Shown here: positions 8,686 to 16,252 of the stretch, one piece after another
Numbering within the stretch: the stretch's first letter is position 1
Layout of the letters: the number at the start of each line of letters is the position of its first letter
Assembly: GCF_002564465.1 (NCBI RefSeq)
Contig: NZ_NUUX01000043.1
Coordinates: forward strand, 31,119-55,118
From: Bacillus sp. AFS088145
GTDB lineage: Bacteria; Bacillota; Bacilli; Bacillales; Bacillaceae_G
Length of the DNA: 24,000 bases
Reading direction: 5' to 3'
Position numbers and translations under genes: made by a program
Notes under the pieces: generated by a model
Databases searched by the model: none
Seen by the model: only the letters and a program-made list of their open reading frames with translations
What the model was told of the DNA's origin: nothing

Positions 8686-9705
8686 ATGAAGAAAAAGCTT
8701 GTAGCGATGCTTTTGACAATCATGTTAGTACTATCATTGGCTGCATGTGGCAAGAAATCGAAAGATGATGTTGTAGGTTCACTTAGCAATCAGATGGAAA
8801 AAATGAATGGCTATAAGGCTGATGCAACATTAACGATTAATAATGGTAATGATCCTCAAAAGTATGAAGTAGTCATTTGGCATAAAAAGCCTTCTTACTA
8901 CCGCGTACAATTAAAAAATGCTAAGAGTGATCAAAACCAAATTATCTTAAGAAACAAAGAGGGTGTGTTTGTTTTAACGCCAGCATTAAATAAAAGCTAT
9001 CGCTTCCAAAGTGATTGGCCATCAAACAGCAGTCAGCCATATTTACCGGAATCATTAGTTAATGACTTAGTACAAGATAAGAATGCAACGTTTAAAACAA
9101 CTAAGCAAGGATATGTGTTTGAAACAAAAACAAATTACACAAATAGACAATTGCTCCCAACACAAGAAATTACATTTAATAAAAAAGGTCTGACACCTGA
9201 ATCAGTAAAACTATTAGATACAGATAAAAATGTTGTGTTGGATGTTAAATTCGATAAAGTACTATACAATCCGAAGTTTGATAATGATGCTTTTGATGTG
9301 AAGAAAAATATGACGAGCGCTCGTTTAAGTGTACCTACATCTACAAATCCAAATAATGATCCTAATTTATTAGTTACACTTTACCCTAATTATTTAATGA
9401 AGGGTGTTGTGTTAGATGATCAACAAGAAGTAAAAACAAACAATGGTGTTCAGGTTATACTTTCATATAAAGGTGATAAAAAATCGTTTACTTTAATAGA
9501 GGAAAAAGCGCGAATTTCAGAGTCTGGAACAACGATGGAAATCACTGGTGAACCAGTAGATTTAGGTAAAACGGTAGGAGCTTTATCAGATAAGATGATC
9601 ACATGGTCATACGGTGGAACAGATTTTACGATTGTTTCTAAAAACTTAACTCAAGGTGAGTTAATTCAAGTTGCCCAATCAGTCGGAGATACAGGCACAA
9701 AATAA
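8686..9705 (+). CDS. Putative lipoprotein (occupies the acpS-alr position held by YdcC in B. subtilis)
   Basis: Signal peptide plus lipobox LSLAAC (Cys21). AAAGGAG RBS. The mature part is hydrophilic and beta-rich. Function not inferable from sequence by eye. Confidence 0.75.
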   Translation: MKKKLVAMLLTIMLVLSLAACGKKSKDDVVGSLSNQMEKMNGYKADATLTINNGNDPQKYEVVIWHKKPSYYRVQLKNAKSDQNQIILRNKEGVFVLTPALNKSYRFQSDWPSNSSQPYLPESLVNDLVQDKNATFKTTKQGYVFETKTNYTNRQLLPTQEITFNKKGLTPESVKLLDTDKNVVLDVKFDKVLYNPKFDNDAFDVKKNMTSARLSVPTSTNPNNDPNLLVTLYPNYLMKGVVLDDQQEVKTNNGVQVILSYKGDKKSFTLIEEKARISESGTTMEITGEPVDLGKTVGALSDKMITWSYGGTDFTIVSKNLTQGELIQVAQSVGDTGTK

Positions 9706-9721
9706 TATTTTTTTCAAACTT

Positions 9722-9756
9722 AAAAGGGCGTGATGATGCTTTATCACGCCTTTTTA
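9722..9756 (+). terminator. Rho-independent terminator after the lipoprotein gene
   Basis: GGCGTGAT (9727-9734) pairs with ATCACGCC (9743-9750), flanked by AAAA and TTTTT. Confidence 0.85.
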
Positions 9757-9873
9757 AATTTTAAATAAACTATAAATGAGTAGTATATTGGTTGACATTT
9801 ATAGTAAAATAAGCAAATAATTTTACACATATAAAAAAAGAGTAATGGGTAAATCGATAAGGAAGTGTAGATC

Positions 9874-11040
9874 ATGACAGAAACATCATTTTATCGCGAC
9901 ACTTGGGTAGAAGTAGATTTAGATGCAATTGAGGAAAATATCAAAAATATTGTATCGCTTTACCCTAATCATCAAGAAATATATGTAGCTTTAAAAGCGA
10001 ATGCATATGGACATGGTTACGTTGAAGTAGCGAAACAAGCATTGAAGTCTGGAGCAACAAGATTATTAGTTGCTTTTATTGATGAAGGGATTTTTCTGCG
10101 CAACGCGGGTATAGAGGCGCCGATATTAGTGTTAGGAGCAACTAGACCAGAGGATATTAACGTTGCAATAAAGAATAAATTAACTTTAACGGCATATAAT
10201 GTTGATTGGTTAGAAGGTATTTCTAAAAATCTAAAAAGCACAGATCGTACAATGATTCATATTAAATTTGATACTGGGATGGGTAGATTAGGTCTAAAAA
10301 CAAAAGCTGAATGGGAGCAAGCTGCATCGATCTTACGAAAAAATCCATCAATTATACTAGAAGGTTTGTTTACACATTTCGCTACTGCTGATGAGCTAAA
10401 TAGATCCTATTTTAATGAGCAACTAGACAAATTTTATGAATGTATAGATTGGGTTAAGAGCAGTGGATTCTCTCCGGAGCTACTGCATTGTGCAAATAGT
10501 GCAGCGGCTGCATTAGAAACAAACTTATTTAATACTGTACGTGTTGGTATTATCATGTATGGTTTAACTCCATCTTTAGACATAAAACCAATGTTACCAT
10601 TTACATTAAAGCCAGCATTATCGTTTTATACGAAAATCTCTCATATTAAGCAATTACCAGCTAATAGTGGTGTAAGTTATGGTGCAACATATTTTACTTC
10701 TGATTCTGAGTGGATTGCGACGTTACCAGTCGGGTATGCAGATGGCTGGCTTAGAGATATGCAAGGATTTTCTGTGTTGGTTGAAGGTGAAAAGGCAGAA
10801 ATCGTTGGTAGAGTTTGTATGGATCAGTGTATGATCAAGCTTTCTAAACATTATCCTGTTGGTACAAAAGTAACTTTAATAGGAGAAAGTAAGGATGGAG
10901 CAATAACGGCTGAGGAAGTCGCTACACATATGAATACAATCAATTATGAAGTAACGTGCCTAATAAATCATAGAGTACCAAGGGTATATAAAAAGAATGG
11001 AAATATTAAGTCCATAAGTAATTATCTAGTATCAGATTAA
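9874..11040 (+). CDS. alr: Alanine racemase (PLP-dependent)
   Basis: PLP-lysine motif VALKANAYGHG. C-terminal beta-domain motifs SYG and VCMDQ. No terminator before mazE. Confidence 0.93.
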   Translation: MTETSFYRDTWVEVDLDAIEENIKNIVSLYPNHQEIYVALKANAYGHGYVEVAKQALKSGATRLLVAFIDEGIFLRNAGIEAPILVLGATRPEDINVAIKNKLTLTAYNVDWLEGISKNLKSTDRTMIHIKFDTGMGRLGLKTKAEWEQAASILRKNPSIILEGLFTHFATADELNRSYFNEQLDKFYECIDWVKSSGFSPELLHCANSAAAALETNLFNTVRVGIIMYGLTPSLDIKPMLPFTLKPALSFYTKISHIKQLPANSGVSYGATYFTSDSEWIATLPVGYADGWLRDMQGFSVLVEGEKAEIVGRVCMDQCMIKLSKHYPVGTKVTLIGESKDGAITAEEVATHMNTINYEVTCLINHRVPRVYKKNGNIKSISNYLVSD

Positions 11041-11105
11041 TTGTAATTTGATGTATTAAAGTATGAAACACTGTTATTTGGTTAAGATAAACGAAGATAT
11101 GTGTC

Positions 11106-11134
11106 TTTCCAATCACTGAAAATAATGGTATGAT
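11106..11134 (+). promoter_or_regulatory. Candidate internal sigmaA promoter for mazEF
   Basis: TTTCCA (11106-11111), 17-nt spacer, TGgTATGAT extended -10 (11126-11134). Confidence 0.4.
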
Positions 11135-11184
11135 GTAGTATAGGGAGATATATGGGTAATAGTTGATTCTGGAGGTGCTGAAAC

Positions 11185-11466
11185 TTGTCCGAACTAAATG
11201 CGACAACTGAAATAACAGTACGTTTACCAAAACATGTAGTAAGCGAACTAGATGGATTAGTAAAGCAAGAAAACGGTAATCGAAATGAGTATATTTATCA
11301 AGCGACTAAGATGTTTTTAAAAGATCGCAAAAGACGCCAAAGTCGCGAACATATGCGACGTGGATACATGGAAATGGCTAAAATCAACTTATTAATATCT
11401 TCTGAGTCATTCTATGCTGAGTCTGAAGCGGATTCTAAAGTGGAGCGCTTAGTTAGCGGGGGGTAA
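11185..11466 (+). CDS. mazE: Antitoxin EndoAI/MazE (ribbon-helix-helix)
   Basis: TTG start 7 nt after [19 protein letters not shown]...VERLVSGG closely matches B. subtilis NdoAI as I recall it. Confidence 0.9.
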   Translation: MSELNATTEITVRLPKHVVSELDGLVKQENGNRNEYIYQATKMFLKDRKRRQSREHMRRGYMEMAKINLLISSESFYAESEADSKVERLVSGG

Positions 11467-11470
11467 TCAC

Positions 11471-11821
11471 TTGATAGTAAAACGTGGCGACGTATATTTT
11501 GCAGACCTTTCCCCTGTAGTTGGCTCAGAACAAGGTGGAGTTCGTCCGGTTCTCATAATACAAAATGATATCGGTAATCGTTTTAGTCCTACCGTTATAG
11601 TCGCTGCGATTACAGCACAAATCCAAAAAGCAAAGCTTCCAACACATGTTGAAATCGATGCTAAAAAATATGGATTTGAACGTGATTCGGTTATACTACT
11701 AGAACAAATTCGAACGATTGACAAACAACGATTAACCGATAAGATAACACATCTTGATGATGAGATGATGGATCAGGTTGACGAAGCGTTGCAAATCAGT
11801 TTAGGACTTGTTGATTTTTAA
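11471..11821 (+). CDS. mazF: Endoribonuclease toxin EndoA/MazF (PemK family)
   Basis: TTG start 4 nt after the mazE stop. [47 protein letters not shown] is near-identical to Bacillus EndoA. Confidence 0.95.
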   Translation: MIVKRGDVYFADLSPVVGSEQGGVRPVLIIQNDIGNRFSPTVIVAAITAQIQKAKLPTHVEIDAKKYGFERDSVILLEQIRTIDKQRLTDKITHLDDEMMDQVDEALQISLGLVDF

Positions 11822-11871
11822 AGTTGCTTTTATAGCAGCTTTACCTACATAGATTATAATAAATTGTTTTG

Positions 11872-11900
11872 TAACCCTTTCGTCTTGAAAGGGTTATTTT
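11872..11900 (+). terminator. Rho-independent terminator after mazF
   Basis: TAACCCTTT (11872-11880) pairs with AAAGGGTTA (11888-11896), then TTTT. Confidence 0.8.
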
Positions 11901-11939
11901 AGGTCCTTTAAAAATTCCCAAAAATTGGAGGCGTTATTT

Positions 11940-14138
11940 TTGTCACAACAATTGATTAATAAAATTGCATCTGATTTATCGATTACTACAAAACAAGTAG
12001 CTACCGTAATTGAATTAAAGGAAGAAGGAAATACGATTCCCTTTATTGCCAGGTATCGAAAAGAAAAAACGGGTTCTCTTGATGAGGTGCAAATTCATTC
12101 CATTTTAGAAAAATATGAGTATGCTGTAAATCTTCAAACGAGAAAAAATGAAGTAATCCGTTTAATTGAGGAAAAAGGGAAACTGACTGAAGACTTACGT
12201 AAAAGTATTACATTAGCTACAAAGTTACAAGAGGTTGAAGATTTATACCGACCATATAAAGAAAAAAGAAGAACTCGTGCTACAGTTGCAAAAGATAAAG
12301 GGTTAGAACCTTTTGCAGAATGGTTATTTTCAATGCCAAATGAAGGTTCACTTGCGGATGAAGCGTTAAAATACATAAATGTTGAACTTGAAGTTAATAC
12401 AGTTGATGAAGTTATTCAAGGTGGAAAAGATATTATTGCGGAATGGATTGCAGATGATGCTACTTATCGCAAGTGGATTCGTGAACTTACCTTCAAAAAG
12501 GGAACGATTGATAGTTCGGTAAAAGACTCCGAAAAAGACGAGAAAAAAGTATACGAAATGTATTACGAGTACACTGAACCAATTTCGAAAATTGTTCCAC
12601 ATAGAATACTAGCAATGAATCGTGCTGAAAAAGAAGATATTTTAAAGGTTGCAATTCAATCTCCTTTTGATGAAATTATTTTATATCTAGAAAAAAGGGT
12701 CATTACAAAGGACACTTTTGTACGAGCAATCTTAATGGAAGTCGTTGAAGATGCATATAAAAGATTAATTCAGCCTTCAATTGAAAGAGAGATTCGTAAA
12801 GAATTATCCGAAAAAGCTGATTCACACGCAATTAATATTTTCTCAGAAAACTTACGTTCATTATTACTGCAACCACCATTAAAAGGGAAAATCGTGCTAG
12901 GAGTAGATCCTGCATTCCGTACAGGTTGTAAGTTGGCAGTAGTAGACGAGACGGGTAAAGTACTTAAAATAGATGTGATTTATCCTCATCCTTTCAGAGG
13001 TGAAAGAGAAGAGGTTCAAAGAAATAAAAGAGAACAAGCAGTTGCAAAAATTAATGATATTCTAATCAAATATAAAATAGAAATGATCGCAATTGGAAAT
13101 GGTACAGCTTCGAGAGAAACAGAGCTGTTTATATCTGGAATTTTAAAAGAAATGAAAAATAATACTTACTATGTAATCGTAAATGAAGCTGGTGCAAGTG
13201 TTTATTCAGCATCTGAGTTAGCAAGAGAAGAGTTCCCAGATTTCCAAGTAGAGGAACGAAGCGCAGTATCAATTGCAAGACGACTACAAGATCCGTTAGC
13301 AGAACTAGTAAAAATTGATCCTAAATCTGTTGGGGTAGGATTATATCAACACGATGTATCTCAAAAGAGCTTAAATGAATCATTATCATTTGTCGTTGAA
13401 ACTTCTGTTAACCAAGTTGGTGTAAATGTAAATACAGCATCAGTTTCACTACTTCAATATGTATCGGGATTGTCCAAAACAGTAGCGAAAAATATTGTTA
13501 ATTACCGTGACGAAAAAGGGAAAATTACAAACCGAAAAGAGCTTAAAACAATACCGAGATTAGGCGCTAAAACATATGAGCAATGTATTGGATTTTTACG
13601 TGTTCTTGAAGGAGATGAGCCTTTAGACCGTACAAGTATTCACCCTGAGAGTTACGTACAAGTAAAAAAATTATTAAAGCAATTAAATTTCTCAACGAGT
13701 CAAATTGGTTCAAATGAATTGAAAGAACAGTTAAAAACGATTAATTTAAAAGAAGTATCAGAACAACTAGATATTGGTGAAATTACGCTAAAAGATATTT
13801 TAGCATCATTAATGCAACCTGAAAGAGATTTACGAGATGAATTAGCTGCGCCAATCCTTCGCCAAGATGTTCTTCAAATTGAAGACCTAAAAATAGGGAT
13901 GGAACTTGAAGGAACAGTAAGAAATGTTGTCGATTTTGGTGCATTTGTTGATATTGGATTAAAGAACGATGGCCTTGTTCATATTTCTAGAATGAGTAGC
14001 AAATTTATTAAGCATCCGCTTGATGTTGTATCAGTTGGTCAAGTAGTAAAAGTATGGATTGCTGAAGTAGACCAAAAGAAACAAAGAGTAGGTTTATCTA
14101 TGCTACCAATTGAATCGAAAGAAATCGTCAAAGCTTAA
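11940..14138 (+). CDS. tex: Tex/YdcI transcription-accessory protein (YqgF/RuvC-like, HhH and C-terminal S1 domains)
   Basis: EGNTIPFIARYRKE N-terminal Tex signature and a C-terminal S1 domain (GTVRNVVDFGAFVDIG...GLVHIS). TTG 11940 is 8 nt after GGAGG (11927-11931). TTG 11925 in the ORF track overlaps that RBS. Confidence 0.92.
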   Translation: MSQQLINKIASDLSITTKQVATVIELKEEGNTIPFIARYRKEKTGSLDEVQIHSILEKYEYAVNLQTRKNEVIRLIEEKGKLTEDLRKSITLATKLQEVEDLYRPYKEKRRTRATVAKDKGLEPFAEWLFSMPNEGSLADEALKYINVELEVNTVDEVIQGGKDIIAEWIADDATYRKWIRELTFKKGTIDSSVKDSEKDEKKVYEMYYEYTEPISKIVPHRILAMNRAEKEDILKVAIQSPFDEIILYLEKRVITKDTFVRAILMEVVEDAYKRLIQPSIEREIRKELSEKADSHAINIFSENLRSLLLQPPLKGKIVLGVDPAFRTGCKLAVVDETGKVLKIDVIYPHPFRGEREEVQRNKREQAVAKINDILIKYKIEMIAIGNGTASRETELFISGILKEMKNNTYYVIVNEAGASVYSASELAREEFPDFQVEERSAVSIARRLQDPLAELVKIDPKSVGVGLYQHDVSQKSLNESLSFVVETSVNQVGVNVNTASVSLLQYVSGLSKTVAKNIVNYRDEKGKITNRKELKTIPRLGAKTYEQCIGFLRVLEGDEPLDRTSIHPESYVQVKKLLKQLNFSTSQIGSNELKEQLKTINLKEVSEQLDIGEITLKDILASLMQPERDLRDELAAPILRQDVLQIEDLKIGMELEGTVRNVVDFGAFVDIGLKNDGLVHISRMSSKFIKHPLDVVSVGQVVKVWIAEVDQKKQRVGLSMLPIESKEIVKA

Positions 14139-14244
14139 TTTTTTGATAGTAAAACCAACATTGATTCAATAGTTTAATTTGATAACGGTTTTTTTCATAA
14201 AATGCTTTTTGAATTTGAGATTTAAGCCAACTAGGCATTGCCAT
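14128..14244 (-). CDS. cmpA: 38-aa small protein, probable CmpA (cortex morphogenetic protein A) homologue
   Basis: GGAGG (complement of 14253-14257) is 8 nt before ATG 14244. Product is MAMPSWLKSQIQKAFYEKNRYQIKLLNQCWFYYQKIKL. Locus and orientation (between ydcI/tex and ydcK) match where I recall B. subtilis cmpA. The rest of the 68-aa ORF in the track lacks an RBS. Confidence 0.55.
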   Translation of the reverse strand: MAMPSWLKSQIQKAFYEKNRYQIKLLNQCWFYYQKIKL

Positions 14245-14270
14245 GATGAAAACCTCCAACTTAAAAATCT

Positions 14271-14298
14271 TCGCCCATCTTTTTTTGAGGATGGGCGA
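14271..14298 (-). terminator. Terminator-like GC hairpin in the region upstream of the cmpA-like ORF
   Basis: TCGCCCATC (14271-14279) pairs with GATGGGCGA (14290-14298). On the - strand it is followed by AGATTTTTA and then the RBS. On the + strand no T-run follows. Confidence 0.4.
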
Positions 14299-14541
14299 TG
14301 AAATAAATGAGTGAGGGGTAACCTTCCGATACATTGTATAAAAAGGATAACTGTATTGTTCATTTTGATAGTAAAAATTACGCCGTTGTAGAGAGATTTA
14401 CTAAGAGCAGCCCATTTAGCATAAATCGTACTAATAAGATCTTTTGAAATTCTCATTTGTAAGTTTAATGTATGCGCATACCCAAGAATTTGTGAGTTGT
14501 TCAGTTATAATAAAGAAGAAAAAAAGGATGGCGATTCATAA

Positions 14542-14994
14542 ATGGATAATGAGGAGATACAAAAACTGGTTGAAGAACTATCAATCACTTATTTCGATCG
14601 ACCATTTCTCCACCAAGCTTCTTTCAATACTAGATTGAGGACAACTGGTGGTAGGTATTTATTAAAAACAAGTAATATCGAATTAAATAAGTTTTATTAT
14701 GAAGAACACGGAATTGAAGAGTTAAAGGGGATCATATTACACGAGCTATGTCATTATCATCTTCATATTATGAAGAAAGGATATAAGCACGAAGATAGAG
14801 ATTTTAAAGAGCTATTAAAAAAGGTAGGTGCTCCTAGGTATTGTAAACCACTAAATTCAATAAAAAAAAGAACGCATTCTTATAAGTATAAATATAGATG
14901 TTCAGGGTGTGGGGAAGCTTTCTTAAGAAAAAGAAAAGTGGACATAAGCCGCTATGTATGTGGACTATGCAAAAGTCCATTAAAACTATTATAA
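14542..14994 (+). CDS. ydcK: SprT-like zinc metalloprotease-domain protein
   Basis: RLRTTGGRY, HExxH motif HELCHYHLH, and C-terminal CxxC...CxxC zinc ribbon. Precedes the tRNA cluster as ydcK does in B. subtilis. Confidence 0.88.
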   Translation: MDNEEIQKLVEELSITYFDRPFLHQASFNTRLRTTGGRYLLKTSNIELNKFYYEEHGIEELKGIILHELCHYHLHIMKKGYKHEDRDFKELLKKVGAPRYCKPLNSIKKRTHSYKYKYRCSGCGEAFLRKRKVDISRYVCGLCKSPLKLL

Positions 14995-15000
14995 ATAGTG

Positions 15001-15030
15001 TTGACATCTAATATGCATTTAGTTTATATT
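15001..15030 (+). promoter_or_regulatory. Strong sigmaA-type promoter for the tRNA cluster
   Basis: TTGACA (15001-15006), 18-nt spacer, TATATT (15025-15030), about 48 nt upstream of tRNA-Asn. Confidence 0.6.
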
Positions 15031-15077
15031 AATACTTGTCATCACGTTTTAGCACTTGATGAAAAGATTAGTATTTT

Positions 15078-15152
15078 TCCGCAGTAGCTCAGTGGTAGAG
15101 CACTCGGCTGTTAACCGAGTGGTCGTAGGTTCGAACCCTACCTGCGGAGCCA
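15078..15152 (+). tRNA. tRNA-Asn (anticodon GTT), CCA encoded
   Basis: Acceptor TCCGCAG/CTGCGGA, anticodon loop CTGTTAA, T-loop GTAGGTTCGAACCCTAC. Confidence 0.95.
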
Positions 15153-15159
15153 TTATTAT

Positions 15160-15250
15160 AGAGAAGTACCCAAGTGGCTCAAGGGGCGCCCCTGCTAAGG
15201 GTGTAGATCGTTTACGCGGTGCGAGGGTTCGAATCCCTTCTTCTCTGCCA
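15160..15250 (+). tRNA. tRNA-Ser (anticodon GCT), long variable arm, CCA encoded
   Basis: Acceptor AGAGAAG/CTTCTCT (A1-U72), anticodon loop CTGCTAA, T-loop GGTTCGAATCC. Confidence 0.92.
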
Positions 15251-15257
15251 TATTTAA

Positions 15258-15332
15258 GGCCCGTTGGTCAAGCGGTTAAGACACCGCCCTTTCACGGCGG
15301 TAACACGGGTTCGAGTCCCGTACGGGTCACCA
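15258..15332 (+). tRNA. tRNA-Glu (anticodon TTC), CCA encoded
   Basis: Acceptor GGCCCGT/ACGGGTC, anticodon stem-loop CCGCC-CTTTCAC-GGCGG. Confidence 0.95.
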
Positions 15333-15341
15333 TTTTATCCT

Positions 15342-15417
15342 GGAGGATTAGCTCAGCTGGGAGAGCACCTGCCTTACAAGCAGGGGGTCGGCGGTTCGAG
15401 CCCGTCATCCTCCACCA
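15342..15417 (+). tRNA. tRNA-Val (anticodon TAC), CCA encoded
   Basis: Acceptor GGAGGAT/ATCCTCC, anticodon stem-loop CCTGC-CTTACAA-GCAGG. Confidence 0.95.
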
Positions 15418-15429
15418 TTAACTTCATAT

Positions 15430-15505
15430 GGTCCCGTGGTGTAGCGGTTAACATGCCTGCCTGTCACGCAGGAGATCGCCGGTTCGATCCCGGTCGGGAC
15501 CGCCA
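15430..15505 (+). tRNA. tRNA-Asp (anticodon GTC), CCA encoded
   Basis: Acceptor GGTCCCG/CGGGACC, anticodon stem-loop CCTGC-CTGTCAC-GCAGG. Confidence 0.95.
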
Positions 15506-15510
15506 CTATT

Positions 15511-15535
15511 TACTACAAATTGTAGTATTTTTTTC
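15511..15535 (+). terminator. Rho-independent terminator immediately after tRNA-Asp
   Basis: TACTACA (15511-15517), loop AAT, TGTAGTA (15521-15527), then 7 T. Confidence 0.7.
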
Positions 15536-15594
15536 TTTATTTGGAGAAAAATAGTTAGGGTGGGTTTTTGGAGTTAGATCTTAAATGTTTTAAT

Positions 15595-15964
15595 TGTCGG
15601 ATTGTTTTTTATCTTGAGGGGTTAATTCTAGAAGTAGAAGCAAAACAACATAAAAAAAATCCTGCGGAGTGGGTTCATGATGTTAATTCGCATTCTACAA
15701 TAAGAAATGTAATGAAATGTCGGATTGTTTTTATCTTGAGGAGTAAATTCGAGGGGTTAAAACATTACAACATAAAAAAAATCCTGCGGTGGAACTTCAT
15801 GTAGCAAATTCGTACTTTAGGTAAAGATGAATTTCGTAATTGTCGGATTGTTTTTTATCTTGAGAGGTTGATTCAAGAGGTTGAAACAATACAACATAAA
15901 AAAAAATCCTGCGGTGCAGGTTCATGATGTTAATTCGGAGGAGTTAATTCATGGTGATAAATCA
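15595..15964 (+). repeat. Three tandem ~123-bp repeat units, each with a 72-73-nt inverted-repeat (hairpin) core
   Basis: Units start with TGTCGGATTGTTTTT(T)ATCTTGAG at 15595, 15718 and 15841. Right arms ACAACATAAAAAAAA(A)TCCTGCGG end at 15667, 15789 and 15913. The arms are imperfect reverse complements. Interiors and tails are variable. Confidence 0.9.
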
Positions 15965-16040
15965 ATGGGCTATAGCCAAGCGGTAAGGCAACGGATTTTG
16001 ATTCCGTCATGCCCTGGTTCGAATCCAGGTAGCCCAGCCA
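15965..16040 (+). tRNA. tRNA-Gln (anticodon TTG), CCA encoded
   Basis: Acceptor TGGGCTA/TAGCCCA, anticodon loop TTTTGAT, T-loop GGTTCGAATCC. Confidence 0.93.
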
Positions 16041-16073
16041 TTTTAGTTTTGAATAAATATGTTTAAGGTAAGG

Positions 16074-16094
16074 GGATTGGCTTTTATCTTAGAC
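16074..16094 (+). repeat. Degenerate extra copy of the repeat left arm
   Basis: GGATTGGCTTTTATCTTAGAC compared with the unit arm GGATTGTTTTTTATCTTGAG(G/A). An AGGTAA motif precedes it, as before unit 3. Confidence 0.6.
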
Positions 16095-16166
16095 GCGATC
16101 GTGTAGACAGTGAGTTGGTTTAAAAATATTTGGTATTTAGTTATACTTGTAATATCTTTATATTAT

Positions 16167-16239
16167 GAGCCATTAGCTCAGTAGGTAGAGCATCTGACTT
16201 TTAATCAGAGGGTCGAAGGTTCGAATCCTTCATGGCTCA
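16167..16239 (+). tRNA. tRNA-Lys (anticodon TTT), no encoded CCA
   Basis: Acceptor GAGCCAT/ATGGCTC, anticodon stem-loop TCTGA-CTTTTAA-TCAGA. Discriminator A is followed by CTTT. Confidence 0.93.
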
Positions 16240-16252
16240 CTTTTGTTTATTC

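Noticed and set aside
9792-9820. TTGACA hexamer upstream of alr as a promoter
   Set aside because: The -35 hexamer is perfect, but the sequence 17 nt downstream (AAATAA) is a poor -10 and no better hexamer is correctly spaced. This is too weak to list as a feature.
14166-14456. 96-aa - strand ORF, and the N-terminal extension (14245-14334) of the 68-aa ORF
   Set aside because: No RBS lies upstream of either start, and the composition is unremarkable. Only the internal ATG at 14244 has a canonical GGAGG at proper spacing.
14444-14638. 64-aa + strand ORF overlapping the start of the sprT-like gene
   Set aside because: It is in a different frame from a well-supported SprT-like CDS, has no RBS and yields a lysine-rich, low-information product.
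15056-15554. ORFs 15056-15421 and 15264-15554 (+)
   Set aside because: They run straight through five canonical tRNA genes. They are open frames created by GC-rich tRNA sequence and are not coding.
15595-15913. Possibility that the 72-73-nt repeat cores are degenerate tRNA genes
   Set aside because: They are tRNA-sized, but they fold as one long A/U-rich stem of about 20 bp. There is no GTTCGAAT-type T-loop, no D-arm and no 7-bp acceptor pairing. The short CCTGCGGAG match to the tRNA-Asn 3' end is too short to interpret.
15595-15964. Possibility that the repeat array is a CRISPR array
   Set aside because: The period (123 bp) and architecture do not fit a CRISPR repeat-spacer pattern. Each unit has two different conserved arms that are inverted complements, with semi-conserved tails. 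No cas genes are in the window.
15568-16066. ORFs 15568-15804 and 15881-16066 (+) across the tandem repeats and tRNA-Gln
   Set aside because: No RBS is present. A 1-nt T-run length difference between repeat units changes the frame, so the repeats are not conserved as protein. The second ORF reads through tRNA-Gln.
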